DNA of 64,000 nucleotides from an uncultured Saprospiraceae bacterium (lineage in GTDB: Bacteria; Bacteroidota; Bacteroidia; Chitinophagales; Saprospiraceae), in the NCBI GenBank assembly GCA_964616755.1, contig CAZTSI010000012.1, positions 9,428-73,427 on the forward strand, written 5' to 3'. Under the pieces are notes generated by a model that worked only from the letters and a program-made list of their open reading frames with translations, was not told where the DNA came from and made no database searches. The position numbers and the translations under genes were made by a program. Below are positions 1-10,343 of the stretch, piece after piece. Within the stretch, counting starts at the first letter, position 1. Each line of letters opens with the position of its first letter.

Positions 1-1
1 T

Positions 2-385
2 GTTGCTATGGCCGCAGGACATGCTTGCTTGAGTATATGTAGCCAAGAGGGCTTTTATGAAGAACTAGAGGCCAAGACAAACTATTTTGTACAAATACTA
101 AAGGCACATATAGAGCGACAAGGCTATCCAATGCACATTGTCAATATAGCTTCGATGTTTTGGTTTGCCTTTGGCACAAGACGTATCATGAAGGCCTCTG
201 ATATAGATGCAGAGGGTATGTCACATTTTAAAAGAATGCATAGTTTTCTCTTAGATAGGGGCGTTTATATTGCTCCATCGGGTTATGAGATCGGATTTGT
301 AAGCGCCGCACATACTCGAAACGTGTTAAAACATGCTGCAGAGGTGATTTGCGAAGCCTTAGACCATGTATTTGACCCATCATGA
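2..385 (+). CDS. hemL: glutamate-1-semialdehyde 2,1-aminomutase, C-terminal fragment (5' end outside window)
   Basis: The reading frame is open to the window edge. The C-terminal motif RGVYIAPSGYEIGFVSAAHT is typical of HemL-type class III aminotransferases. Its TGA stop overlaps the next ATG (ATGA at 382-385). Confidence 0.8.
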   Translation, partial: VAMAAGHACLSICSQEGFYEELEAKTNYFVQILKAHIERQGYPMHIVNIASMFWFAFGTRRIMKASDIDAEGMSHFKRMHSFLLDRGVYIAPSGYEIGFVSAAHTRNVLKHAAEVICEALDHVFDPS

Positions 386-1314
386 GATGGTTTTCGGCAG
401 CCGTTATGATCTATATGTTGATCGGCATCTTGTGGTGGGGCAAATTACTTTTGGATAAAAATTCGGGATATTACTCACTTAGGCTTGAAGATACGTCGCT
501 GACATCCATGGATCGCGAACATATCAATAATGAATGGACGCGTCAACAATGGATGATCTACGGAGAAGGCATCGTTTTAGGTTTGGCTATGCTTGCAGGG
601 CTTTGGATAATAAATAGAAGCGCAATCCGCCAAATATCAGCCGCGCGACAACAAAGCAACTTTCTATTAAGCGTCTCTCATGAATTAAAATCGCCTATTG
701 CCGCGATCAAACTTGCTATGCAAACCCTCCAACGATCCGGTCTTAATGAAACCGTAAAACTAAAAATAACCTTGAATGCCCTCAAAGACGCTGACCGACT
801 AGAGAGTATGGTGCAAAATATTTTGCTTAGCACGAGTATCGAAGAAAAAAAGCTCGAGCTGATTTCTGAGTCAGTGGATTTAGATGCTCTGATACGGTCT
901 ATCATAACGGCATTTCATAATGATGCCAACAATATTCGCCTAATCAATCAAGACGAAACAACTAAGAGAATTTTAGGCGATCAATCGTATCTATACTTGG
1001 CAATTAAAAATGTGGTCGATAATGCACTAAAACATTCTCGACAAGGAACCCAAGTAACTATCGACTTATCTAGCACGAACACTTATCATTTGATCAAAAT
1101 TCACAACCAAGGAATTCCTATCCCTAGCACAGAACAACTTAAGGTTTTTCAAAAATTTTACCGTCTTCCATTAACCAAAGACGCCTACCGACAAGGTACA
1201 GGCCTTGGCCTATATCTTAGCAAAGAGATAATCTTAGCCCATGGGGGCCGTATTCAATTAGATTCAACGTGCACTGACGGTGTACGTGTACACATACAGC
1301 TTCCTAAAAACTGA
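382..1314 (+). CDS. two-component sensor histidine kinase
   Basis: Two N-terminal TM helices. H-box SVSHELKSPIAAI. N-box DNALKHS and G-box GTGLGLYLSKEI of HATPase_c. It is followed 1 nt later by a response regulator. Confidence 0.9.
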   Translation: MRWFSAAVMIYMLIGILWWGKLLLDKNSGYYSLRLEDTSLTSMDREHINNEWTRQQWMIYGEGIVLGLAMLAGLWIINRSAIRQISAARQQSNFLLSVSHELKSPIAAIKLAMQTLQRSGLNETVKLKITLNALKDADRLESMVQNILLSTSIEEKKLELISESVDLDALIRSIITAFHNDANNIRLINQDETTKRILGDQSYLYLAIKNVVDNALKHSRQGTQVTIDLSSTNTYHLIKIHNQGIPIPSTEQLKVFQKFYRLPLTKDAYRQGTGLGLYLSKEIILAHGGRIQLDSTCTDGVRVHIQLPKN

Positions 1315-1315
1315 T

Positions 1316-2017
1316 ATGATCCAAATACTCATTGTGGAAGACGAGCAGCATATCGCAGATTTGTTAATCACAAATCTTGAGCTAGAAGGCTATGCTTGCC
1401 AACATGCTGCAACGATCAGCGACGCACAAAAGATTCTGCTCAATGCTGACCTTATGGTAGACATTGTCCTTCTCGACGTTATGTTGCCTGATGGCAATGG
1501 GTATGAGTTTTGCAAAATGATTAAAAGTTTTCAACCCAATCTGCCAGTACTCATTCTTTCTGCGTTGGGGCAGTCAGCCGATCGTATAATCGGTCTAAAA
1601 TCAGGAGCAGATGACTATTTGGCAAAACCCTTCAATCTTGAAGAACTACTCTTGCGCATTGCCTTGCTTAAAGGTAAAGTCCAAACATCGTCTGCCACTA
1701 CATTGCAACAAACCATCACTATTGGAAGTGCTAAAATCAATCTCGCAGATTATACAATCACTGTAAATCATCAAATCACAAAACTAACCTCTAAAGAAAA
1801 GGAACTCCTTGAATACTTTTATAAACATCGAGGCAAGGTCATAAGCCGCGAGGAGTTATTAGAACATGTTTGGCATTATGATGTCTTTCCCACCTCAAGA
1901 ACTATCGACAATTATATTGTTAAGCTCAGAAATCTTATAGAAGATGATAATGACCAAACACAGATGCTCACTACCATCAGAGGCGTAGGCTACAAACTAG
2001 AGTTGGGTGGCAAATAG
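1316..2017 (+). CDS. OmpR/PhoB-family response regulator
   Basis: Receiver domain (ILIVEDE, LLDVMLPDGNG, KP). Winged-helix C-terminus (LTSKEKELLEYF, RTIDNYIVKLR, IRGVGYKL). I chose the ATG at 1316; the GTG at 1280 in the ORF track would overlap the kinase. Confidence 0.9.
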   Translation: MIQILIVEDEQHIADLLITNLELEGYACQHAATISDAQKILLNADLMVDIVLLDVMLPDGNGYEFCKMIKSFQPNLPVLILSALGQSADRIIGLKSGADDYLAKPFNLEELLLRIALLKGKVQTSSATTLQQTITIGSAKINLADYTITVNHQITKLTSKEKELLEYFYKHRGKVISREELLEHVWHYDVFPTSRTIDNYIVKLRNLIEDDNDQTQMLTTIRGVGYKLELGGK

Positions 2018-2203
2018 CGGTTTTTTGGACAGGAATGACTCAAGTATCTGTCTAAGATATCTATAACAAAGGATAGATATGTGTATGGTAAAAGTGATGT
2101 GATGGATGGGGCAAATTATTTTGTGCAATAAATAAGTTAACTAGGATTCAAAATTTCTTGAAGAAACGAATACACAATAAGTGTAAATTATGAGCTGAAA
2201 AAT

Positions 2204-2440
2204 TTGATTCGACTCACCATTTTTTCAGTTTTACTTCTTGTATTTGCAATCGTACTTCAATCAGTCATAATCCTCAAAACTTATAAAACCAAGAGGTTCG
2301 CTATTATGCCGATTTATATATTAACCAATATCAATACACTCACAGAAAAAAGACTTTTACTCAAAATTAACTGGTTTAGTGTCGCTTTGAAAGGAGTACT
2401 TGGACTCTCAGCTATCATTGAGTTTGTTCAAATTTATTGA
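2204..2440 (+). CDS. hypothetical small membrane protein (doubtful ORF)
   Basis: 78-codon ORF with a TTG start and one clear hydrophobic N-terminal segment. No recognisable motif. It lies in an otherwise empty 480-bp gap. Confidence 0.2.
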   Translation: MIRLTIFSVLLLVFAIVLQSVIILKTYKTKRFAIMPIYILTNINTLTEKRLLLKINWFSVALKGVLGLSAIIEFVQIY

Positions 2441-2500
2441 TTCGGTATAAGCCTCCTTACACCTTATACCACAAAGTGTTTGATACAAGGACGCAAGAGC

Positions 2501-5236
2501 TTAAAATCGGCGATCAAACTGAGATCGACCACCTTGATACTTGAGAAAGTTAGAAAACGGAGCGGCTTTTACTCCTACAAAGAAGCTATAGGTATTATTT
2601 TGTGGTTGCCAACTGATACTCAATTGCCAGCAATGCAGATCACGCGCTAGCGAAAAACTAGGATACACCCACCGAGCATTACCAATATCATAGGATAAAT
2701 TTCCTACTTGCATGCCCCATTTGTCAGTCAAAGGAATCATTCCTGTTGTCAGCTGAATGCTATGAGTAGTAGCATCCCAAGCCCCATTTAGTCGATTAGG
2801 TGTATAACTAACCCTAATGTTGTACTGAATTTTAAAATCTTCAAACCAAGAAAAAAGCTCAGGTGGGTCATTAGAATTACTGCGTTGTGGTTCATTAGCA
2901 GAGCGCTGATTCTGACCTATCGATCGACTATCTGTAGAAGAAGAATAATCCACATCTTCTGGCTCCTCACCTCTAAAGAAATCACGTATTTGTCGCAAAG
3001 AAAAACTAGTAGAAAGGCTGGCTGAAAAATTTGAAAAACGCAATAAACCTTTGCCTTGCGACAATAAGGTTTTATTAATGCGCAATCCTCGTTCGTCCAC
3101 ATCGTAAGGATCCATGGCCCCGTTAATGGAGAGTGTGGCTAGATTTTTTAATATTTGCGCGTTCGCTGTTAGTGATATCGGGCTCCATTGTAGACTGTCT
3201 GCACTAACATTATAACTTCCCCCAAGATTGACCGAATTAAAGAGCCTAAACTTCTTTTCAGTACTATCCCGTTTAGAAAAATGTTTTCCTTCAAATGTAT
3301 TGGCGATTCCATAATTGATAGAAAAACCACCTTGATCCAAGTTGCGTGAATTAAATAAATTAGTGTTGCCAATGGATCGAAAGGGATTGTACACAATACT
3401 GGAGTCTAGCCCACTATTTAATGAAGTGAATCGAAATTCCTTATTCTTATCTAAAGTAGAGGGTCGGAAACTCATACCAATTGTCGGAGTCATCTGATGG
3501 CGTAAACCTCTCAGCCACCCTTTAGCAAATCGCATGGTACCAAAAATATTGGTGGCTAGATTAGCCGAAATACTCGTTTCTCTTAGCGGCTTAAAGCCTA
3601 CCGCCGCCACAGGCGTAGGCGCACCGTCTGTATCTAGTTCATACTCCGAAGTATGCAGATACCAAAATTCATCGTGATTAACTGTGACGTTGAAGGTAAC
3701 ATTATCAAATAAATTGTAAGCTGCCGCTGCATCAATTCGATGTGAAAATCCAGACCTAAACAAACCTAATGTCTCCTTTGTAAAAAGAATAGAATCCCCC
3801 GTAGTTACAGTATTTTGAAACTTACCGTCATACTGCATATTTATTTTTTCAAACCACTTCTCTTGATTCACATTACCCTTTTTTAATTTGAAAGGAAAAA
3901 TTCTATTCATCCGCAACTGCATTTGAGGCAGCGTAAAGGTCATAATTCTCGTCTGCGTATTCTGCGAATGATTTAGCCCAGCAATAAAATTCACCTTATT
4001 GCTAAGCTTATAGCTATAATTGAAATTTGAATTTATTTGTGAATTAAGCTGTGCAGATGCCGCTTCAAAGTTTTTTCGGTCAAAATCGTTCACCGTAAAT
4101 CGCAATGATCCTCCAATGGTTCTGTAAGGGTGTGCCTTACTATCTTGATTATGATTTATTGTTATCGAATAAGATTGATCTATATTGGGTCTAAGCTCCC
4201 CCGACACCTCCCTTAGTTGTCTTGAGTAAGCTAAATTGACCGAACCTGTGTGTTTATAGCGTTTTTTATAATTGCTATTCAACGTAAGCCCCCACGACCC
4301 GCGCGTATATACCTCTGCTCTTGCGCTTAAATCCATTCGATCACTTAAGGCAAAATAATAACCTATTCCTCTCATTCCCAAACCCAATTCGGGCGAACGA
4401 TAAAACGGATCTTGCGGAAAAATCAACCCAGATGTGCCTCCTTGAGAAAAATCGAACAAAGGAGCGAAGGCAAACGGCAAGACAAGCGGCAGTGGAATGC
4501 CGGCCAACTCCATATTAGCTGGTCCAATAATGGCAATTTTATCGGGTATCAATTTTAGTTTGGTTGTGCGGATACCCCAGTGCGGATGTTCAGCATCACA
4601 GGTCGTAATGAGGGCATTGCGGTTATACACGACATCATCAATATGCAGGCTATCGGCACCCGCTTTTACAATTTTTGTCACCGCCCCATGCACAAACAAG
4701 TTATTTTGTATCACTCTAGCACCATGGATGATCCCCTTCTCAGTGTCTATATTATATCGAATTTTATCTGCTTCGACATTTTGATCCCCTGATTTAAAAG
4801 TGGGTTTCCCTCGATTCTTTATTCTTGTACTTGCCTCTACTTCATTTGTCATAAAATTAAATAATATATAATCAGCCGTCACCTCAAATTCATCGTATCG
4901 CACATAAGCATCTCCGTAAAGATGGACTCGGCTGCCGCTCATGTCGTTAAAACTGCTGTCTTTTGATCCGTAGGTGATTTTTACCTCGGCAGAATCACTA
5001 GAGGGCTGTCCTACTGTCGCTGGATCATTGTTAAACGCCTCGCGCAAGGAGGCAGAATCGGATGGGACAAATACTTGACCTAACGAGTCCGTTTTACTCG
5101 GCAAAATATCTTGTATAGTTCTATTGCGAAGAGACCTACTTAGCGAATCGCTCGACAATTCCTGCGCTGAAAGATGACCATTTAGCGTATAGACAAACAG
5201 CCCTACAACAGTCAACCACTTTGTAGAGACATACAT
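2501..5236 (-). CDS. lptD: LptD/OstA-family outer-membrane LPS-assembly protein
   Basis: About 910 aa. Signal-like N-terminus MYVSTKWLTVVGLFVYTLNGHLSAQ. OstA-like N-domain (VHLYGDAYVRYDEFEVTADYILFN). The long remainder alternates in the manner of a beta-barrel and ends in an aromatic C-terminus. The start is uncertain: ATG 5236, ATG 5272 or TTG 5293. Confidence 0.7.
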   Translation of the reverse strand: MYVSTKWLTVVGLFVYTLNGHLSAQELSSDSLSRSLRNRTIQDILPSKTDSLGQVFVPSDSASLREAFNNDPATVGQPSSDSAEVKITYGSKDSSFNDMSGSRVHLYGDAYVRYDEFEVTADYILFNFMTNEVEASTRIKNRGKPTFKSGDQNVEADKIRYNIDTEKGIIHGARVIQNNLFVHGAVTKIVKAGADSLHIDDVVYNRNALITTCDAEHPHWGIRTTKLKLIPDKIAIIGPANMELAGIPLPLVLPFAFAPLFDFSQGGTSGLIFPQDPFYRSPELGLGMRGIGYYFALSDRMDLSARAEVYTRGSWGLTLNSNYKKRYKHTGSVNLAYSRQLREVSGELRPNIDQSYSITINHNQDSKAHPYRTIGGSLRFTVNDFDRKNFEAASAQLNSQINSNFNYSYKLSNKVNFIAGLNHSQNTQTRIMTFTLPQMQLRMNRIFPFKLKKGNVNQEKWFEKINMQYDGKFQNTVTTGDSILFTKETLGLFRSGFSHRIDAAAAYNLFDNVTFNVTVNHDEFWYLHTSEYELDTDGAPTPVAAVGFKPLRETSISANLATNIFGTMRFAKGWLRGLRHQMTPTIGMSFRPSTLDKNKEFRFTSLNSGLDSSIVYNPFRSIGNTNLFNSRNLDQGGFSINYGIANTFEGKHFSKRDSTEKKFRLFNSVNLGGSYNVSADSLQWSPISLTANAQILKNLATLSINGAMDPYDVDERGLRINKTLLSQGKGLLRFSNFSASLSTSFSLRQIRDFFRGEEPEDVDYSSSTDSRSIGQNQRSANEPQRSNSNDPPELFSWFEDFKIQYNIRVSYTPNRLNGAWDATTHSIQLTTGMIPLTDKWGMQVGNLSYDIGNARWVYPSFSLARDLHCWQLSISWQPQNNTYSFFVGVKAAPFSNFLKYQGGRSQFDRRF

Positions 5237-5496
5237 TAACACATCGATATGTAGCGCATATCTATCGATCATCCATATTTTTAGCTCGCGCAAATATCCA
5301 ATAAACGTGCAGGATATCCTCGTCGCGTCCTAAGACATACTTAAACAAATACTAATCCAAAACATAATTAGCGTTCAACATTACGGTATTTAAGTTCGTT
5401 AGTATGTTTTTGTCGTATGACGTACTTTACTAAACAGCGGTTTATTCAGCGTTTAGCCAATATATAGCCTATTTTTGCACGCTTTAAAATAATACC

Positions 5497-6579
5497 ATGT
5501 CAAAAGAGCTCAAAATTGGGATCATTAGCTTGTTAACCTTAACGATTGCTATATGGGGATATCAATACCTTAAGGGCAAGAATCTACTTAAGAAGGGTTA
5601 TAGCTTTTCTGCTGTTTATGACAACGTTGAAGGTTTAGCTAAGGCCTCCCCGATAGAAATTAATGGCTTGAAGATAGGATCTGTTTCTGACATAGGCTTA
5701 AATCCTGAAAACCTTCAGTCGATGATTGTGTACTTTGATATACAGGGTGAGTTTATGCTACCTAGCGATACGAAGGCAATATTGGCCTCAGACAACGGGA
5801 TTGTTGGCTCTAAGAAAATCATTCTCAGTTTTGATCGCCAATGCAATGGTGCAGACTGCCTCGAAGGGGGGGAAAGGCTACAAAGTGGATCTCGGGGCTT
5901 CCTCGATGCTATTGTCGGCCAAGACGAACTAAAGGAGTTTTTTGGTTCGCTACGCAAAGAATCAGGGCCGATTATTGACACCCTGCTCTACCGCTTATCA
6001 GATCAAAATTCTGACAACTCCGTGACGCAATCGCTGATCAAAATGGAAGAATCTATGAGGAATCTTGCTAGCATTACAGAAAGCATGGATAAAATCTTGA
6101 AAAAATCCTATACCAACCTTAACGAAACGGTAGAAAACCTGGCAGTCGTTACCGGTTCGTTTGCAAAATCTCACGAGGATATAGAACATTTGTTGAACAA
6201 TCTTTCCACCTTCAGTGATCAAATCGTCTCAGCCGATGTAGGCACAACACTCAGCAAAACAGGTGAAACGCTAGATAACAGTAAAAAGCTCATTCAAGAC
6301 TTGCAACAATCTGTATCTAAGGCAAACGAGACTTTCGAGAGTCTCAACACGCTCTTATTGAAGGCAGAAAGTGGAGAAGGAGCGATCGGCCAACTTTTGA
6401 ATAATCCAGAAATGTACAACAACTTAGAAGAGGCATCTAAACATATGTCTTTACTCTTGCAAGACTTGAGGCTTAATCCTAAGCGGTATGTGCGACTTTC
6501 GGTATTTGGGCGCAAGGGCAATGCATATACGTATCCAAAAGAAGATCCTGCCTATATCGACTCAATTCAGCAAAATTAA
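5497..6579 (+). CDS. MlaD/MCE-domain protein
   Basis: N-terminal TM anchor followed by an MCE fold signature (YSFSAVYDNVEGLAKASPIEINGLKIGSV). Long helical C-terminal region. Divergent from the lptD-like gene. Confidence 0.8.
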   Translation: MSKELKIGIISLLTLTIAIWGYQYLKGKNLLKKGYSFSAVYDNVEGLAKASPIEINGLKIGSVSDIGLNPENLQSMIVYFDIQGEFMLPSDTKAILASDNGIVGSKKIILSFDRQCNGADCLEGGERLQSGSRGFLDAIVGQDELKEFFGSLRKESGPIIDTLLYRLSDQNSDNSVTQSLIKMEESMRNLASITESMDKILKKSYTNLNETVENLAVVTGSFAKSHEDIEHLLNNLSTFSDQIVSADVGTTLSKTGETLDNSKKLIQDLQQSVSKANETFESLNTLLLKAESGEGAIGQLLNNPEMYNNLEEASKHMSLLLQDLRLNPKRYVRLSVFGRKGNAYTYPKEDPAYIDSIQQN

Positions 6580-7479
6580 GGAACTATCTTATTGAAAATT
6601 GGCGAGAAATCTGCATTAGATCTAAGATACTGCCTCAATGATTCGTTATCGACCGTAATGTGCGGTTGAGAAAAATCAATACAATAATAGCGGTGACCGC
6701 GAACCTTGGCGAGTAACTGAAATAAAGGATTATGTTGGTAGCCAAACTCTAAGATTATAGAAGACGGAGGCATCCAAAGTAAATTAGCTAAGGCTGCACC
6801 ATGCTGAGCAATGAGTACTTTCAACTCTGCAAAAAGGCGCACCTGCTCATGAAACATTTGCCCCTCTAGAGAAACGCACGCAAAATCAAAATCTTGAGAC
6901 ACACTGTCAGCTAATGTTTGGCTGATTTCTTCATGATTTATAATGGAACGACGATTAGCGCCCGCACCTTTCACGATAGCTTGACGCAAATAATACTCAT
7001 CTTGAGGGCGACGCTCAACGAGAATTACTCTTTTGGCTTCACCAAAATTTGACACACCATTGGTTTTGTACATAAATTCACACAAGGCATCAATATCAAA
7101 ATGTACCAAATTTCGCGGGCCTATACCATACAATGGTCGTGTACAGCTCTTCTATTGCTTCATCTATTAAAATACGATCGCCATATATTTGTTTAATCAT
7201 TGCGGTGAGTGGTCCAAATGCATCAAGAACAATGTCACAATCAGTTGGAATGCGCTCAAAAACGTAAAAAAGCGGAACCACTAAATCATAAATAAAATGA
7301 TAATGGTGTTCTGCGTTTCCTAATCCTGTCGGATTGGGTCGTAGTTTTATACGGCCCTTTCTTTGTGCCAATTGCCTTATGTCTTCTTGATTTTGTAAAA
7401 TGACTTCTAAGGTTATTTGGATTGCTTGATTTTTAGCCCAAACATGTCTCACCGCATCCACCATTCGCCTAAAATCCAT
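6576..7479 (-). pseudogene. GT61/DUF563-like glycosyltransferase split into two frames
   Basis: ORFs 7096-7479 and 6576-7133 overlap by 38 nt in different frames. Together they read as one protein of about 300 aa. The C-terminal part carries the GT61-like motif HGAALANLLWMPPSSIILEF. No homopolymer lies at the junction (about 7130-7160). Confidence 0.55.
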
Positions 7480-7493
7480 CGTATCAAGGGTGA

Positions 7494-10121
7494 TTATGCC
7501 TTCATTATTTCCTCTTTTATGGCTTGAACAAATTTTGTCAAACCTTCTGTATTTTTACCTCCTGCCGTAGCCAAAAATGCTTGACCACCCCCGCCGCCAT
7601 TTATAAGCGCAGAATATTTGCGGATGAGTTTGGCCGCGTCTAAGGTTTCAGATACGATGTCCTTGTCTATAAGAAGTACAATATTTGCTTTGTCATCATG
7701 CTTCACCCCTAAAACGACAACTCCATTGGAAATCGATTGGGAAATATGGTGAGCTAGTTCTTTAATGCTATCCATCTCTATACTCTCCAATATTTCTCCG
7801 ACAAAGCTTATCTGATTAAATTTTTCGACACGGCCAAGTATATCTGACTTAAGCAATTTGATTTTTTCTTGTTTGAATTGAGTCAATTCCTTTTCGAGAT
7901 CCTTATTAGATAATTGAAGTGCTTCTACTTGAGATCGCGTGTTGACAGGCGATTTAAACAAAGACTTAATAGATTGCAGCTCCTCCAGTAAGGAGCGTAC
8001 AAATTCGTTTGCCTCAACGCCTGTCACTGCCTCAATGCGGCGCACACCTGCGGCTATGGCTGATTCACTTCTTATTTTGAAAAGCCCTATTTCACCTGTT
8101 GAGCGCACATGACATCCACCACATAATTCAACAGAATAAGAGGGATCAAAGGTGATCATTCGGACAAACTCGCCATACTTTTCCCCAAATAACATCATTG
8201 CACCTGATTCTTTAGCTCGGCTGATTGGCACATTGCGCTGCTCTACTTTGGTGATATTTTGCCTAATTCTTTCATTGACAATATTCTCCACTCGAAGGAT
8301 CTGCTCATCAGTCATTTTCTCAAAATGACTAAAGTCAAAGCGCAGATATTGCTCATTGACCAGTGAACCCTTTTGCTGTACATGATCACCTAACACATCT
8401 CGTAGCGCAGCATGCAGTAAATGGGTAGCCGTATGATTGCCCTCTATTAAGACTCGTCTTTGTTTATCAATCTGACAACGGACCACTGCATTAATGTCAA
8501 GCGGCAATGTATCAATCTGATGAATGATTAAATCATTTTCCTTGGTTGTGTTGAGCACCTTAATGGTTTGTTCGCCAATGATTAATACGCCCGTATCACC
8601 AACTTGTCCACCGCTCTCTGCATAAAAAGGTGTCTTGTCTAGCACTAATTGATAAATTGTATTATCCTTTTGCTTGAGTTCTCTATATTTAACAATTTGA
8701 CTATCAGAGGACTGCACGTGATCATAACCTATAAAGTCGCTCGCCCTGGAGTGATCATTCTCTATCCAATCGCCGGCTTCACGCTTAGCGTCTGCTCGTG
8801 AGCGAGTCTTTTGATCGGAAAGTGCTGATATAAAAGTAGTTTCATCTACCTTCCATCCTTGTTCAGCTCCAATCAAACGAGTCAAGTCAATAGGAAAACC
8901 GTAGGTGTCATATAATTCAAAAGCAGTTTTGCCGTCCAGCAAACCATCGGTAATCGTCACTAGGCTCAGGCGTTTTAAACCTGCATCAAGGGTTCGTAAA
9001 AATGATTTTTCCTCTTCAAAAATAATCTTCGCTACAAAGCCTTCTTGTTCGTGCAATTCTGGAAAGACATCCTTAAAATACTCCCCAAGAGCAGGGATGA
9101 GCGCGTGCATCAATGGCTCTTTTCTATCCAAGAAGGAAAAATAATACCTCACAGCACGTCGTAGTATTCTGCGAATGACATAGCCCGCCCCCGTATTGGA
9201 GGGCAACTGTCCATCTGCAATGGCAAACGCTACAGCGCGAATATGGTCAGCAATCACTCTAAAGGCAATGTCTTTTTTAGCCGTTAAGGCATAACTATAT
9301 TGGTACTCTTGTCCTGTAAGCTTTTCAATGAGCTTGATAAAACGCACAAAAATATCGGTATCATAATTAGAGGTCTTGCTTTGGATCGCCATTGTTAGAC
9401 GCTCAAATCCCATACCTGTATCAACATGCTGATCCGGCAATGTTTCAAGACTGCCGTCTGATTTTCGATTAAATTGGATAAAGACAAGGTTCCAGATCTC
9501 TATTACCAAAGGATGGTCATTATTGACCAATTCGCGGCCATCAACCCGTAATCTCTCCGCATCAGATCGCAAATCGATATGAATCTCTGAACAAGGGCCA
9601 CAAGGCCCAGTATCGCCCATTTCCCAAAAGTTGTCTTTTCGGTCAAAATATAGAATGCGATCGGCTGGCAGAAAAACTTTCCACAAATCAGCCGCATCTT
9701 CATCAGGCGGAAGACCGTCCTCTACGTCACCTTTAAATACAGAAGCATACAAACGATCTGGTGACAGTCCATATTTTTCAGTCAAAAGCTCCCACGCCCA
9801 GGAGATTGCTTCTTTCTTGAAATAATCCCCAAACGACCAATTGCCCAGCATCTCGAACATAGTATGATGGTAGCTATCAATGCCCACTTCTTCAAGATCA
9901 TTATGCTTTCCTGAGACCCGAAGGCATTTTTGAGTATCTGCTATTCTAGTGATCTCTGGCACACGATTTCCAAGAAAATAATCTTTAAACTGGTTCATGC
10001 CGGCATTCGTAAACATCAGACTTGGGTCGTCCTTGTTGACCATAGGGGCTGATGGTACAATTTTATGCCCTTTGCCTTCAAAAAAATCGAAAAATTGCTG
10101 TCGTATCTCCGCTGCTGTCAT
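7494..10121 (-). CDS. alaS: alanine--tRNA ligase
   Basis: 875 aa. Class II core (FTNAGMNQFKD, HHTMFEMLGNWSFGDYFK). Editing-domain HxxxH/CGG motifs (HTATHLLH, CGGCHV). C-terminal DHHA1-like GGGGQ. Confidence 0.97.
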   Translation of the reverse strand: MTAAEIRQQFFDFFEGKGHKIVPSAPMVNKDDPSLMFTNAGMNQFKDYFLGNRVPEITRIADTQKCLRVSGKHNDLEEVGIDSYHHTMFEMLGNWSFGDYFKKEAISWAWELLTEKYGLSPDRLYASVFKGDVEDGLPPDEDAADLWKVFLPADRILYFDRKDNFWEMGDTGPCGPCSEIHIDLRSDAERLRVDGRELVNNDHPLVIEIWNLVFIQFNRKSDGSLETLPDQHVDTGMGFERLTMAIQSKTSNYDTDIFVRFIKLIEKLTGQEYQYSYALTAKKDIAFRVIADHIRAVAFAIADGQLPSNTGAGYVIRRILRRAVRYYFSFLDRKEPLMHALIPALGEYFKDVFPELHEQEGFVAKIIFEEEKSFLRTLDAGLKRLSLVTITDGLLDGKTAFELYDTYGFPIDLTRLIGAEQGWKVDETTFISALSDQKTRSRADAKREAGDWIENDHSRASDFIGYDHVQSSDSQIVKYRELKQKDNTIYQLVLDKTPFYAESGGQVGDTGVLIIGEQTIKVLNTTKENDLIIHQIDTLPLDINAVVRCQIDKQRRVLIEGNHTATHLLHAALRDVLGDHVQQKGSLVNEQYLRFDFSHFEKMTDEQILRVENIVNERIRQNITKVEQRNVPISRAKESGAMMLFGEKYGEFVRMITFDPSYSVELCGGCHVRSTGEIGLFKIRSESAIAAGVRRIEAVTGVEANEFVRSLLEELQSIKSLFKSPVNTRSQVEALQLSNKDLEKELTQFKQEKIKLLKSDILGRVEKFNQISFVGEILESIEMDSIKELAHHISQSISNGVVVLGVKHDDKANIVLLIDKDIVSETLDAAKLIRKYSALINGGGGGQAFLATAGGKNTEGLTKFVQAIKEEIMKA

Positions 10122-10343
10122 ATGAAAAATGTCTTAACAAAAAATTAACTTACATTACAATTATAATTAATGGGTATTAGATTGATCTTTAATTATTTAC
10201 CACTAGATACAAGCATTAACAAATTCTCAAATATATTTGGTCATTAACGCTCGTTTACCTAACTTGCATCATCCTTTGAACCCATCGTTCTCTTTCTTCA
10301 AAAGAGGATCAAAAATAGTATTATTCCATCAACATTCGACACA

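Noticed and set aside
382-385. Recurrent ATGA stop/start overlaps that join functionally unrelated genes: hemL/histidine kinase at 382-385 and ung/DUF423 at 24832-24835. The aminotransferase TAG also directly abuts the ung ATG at 24155-24160.
   Set aside because: This probably reflects genome compaction rather than functional coupling. Only the mini-protein/lipoprotein and anti-sigma/hydrolase overlaps are used as supporting evidence, because there the partners are contextually linked.
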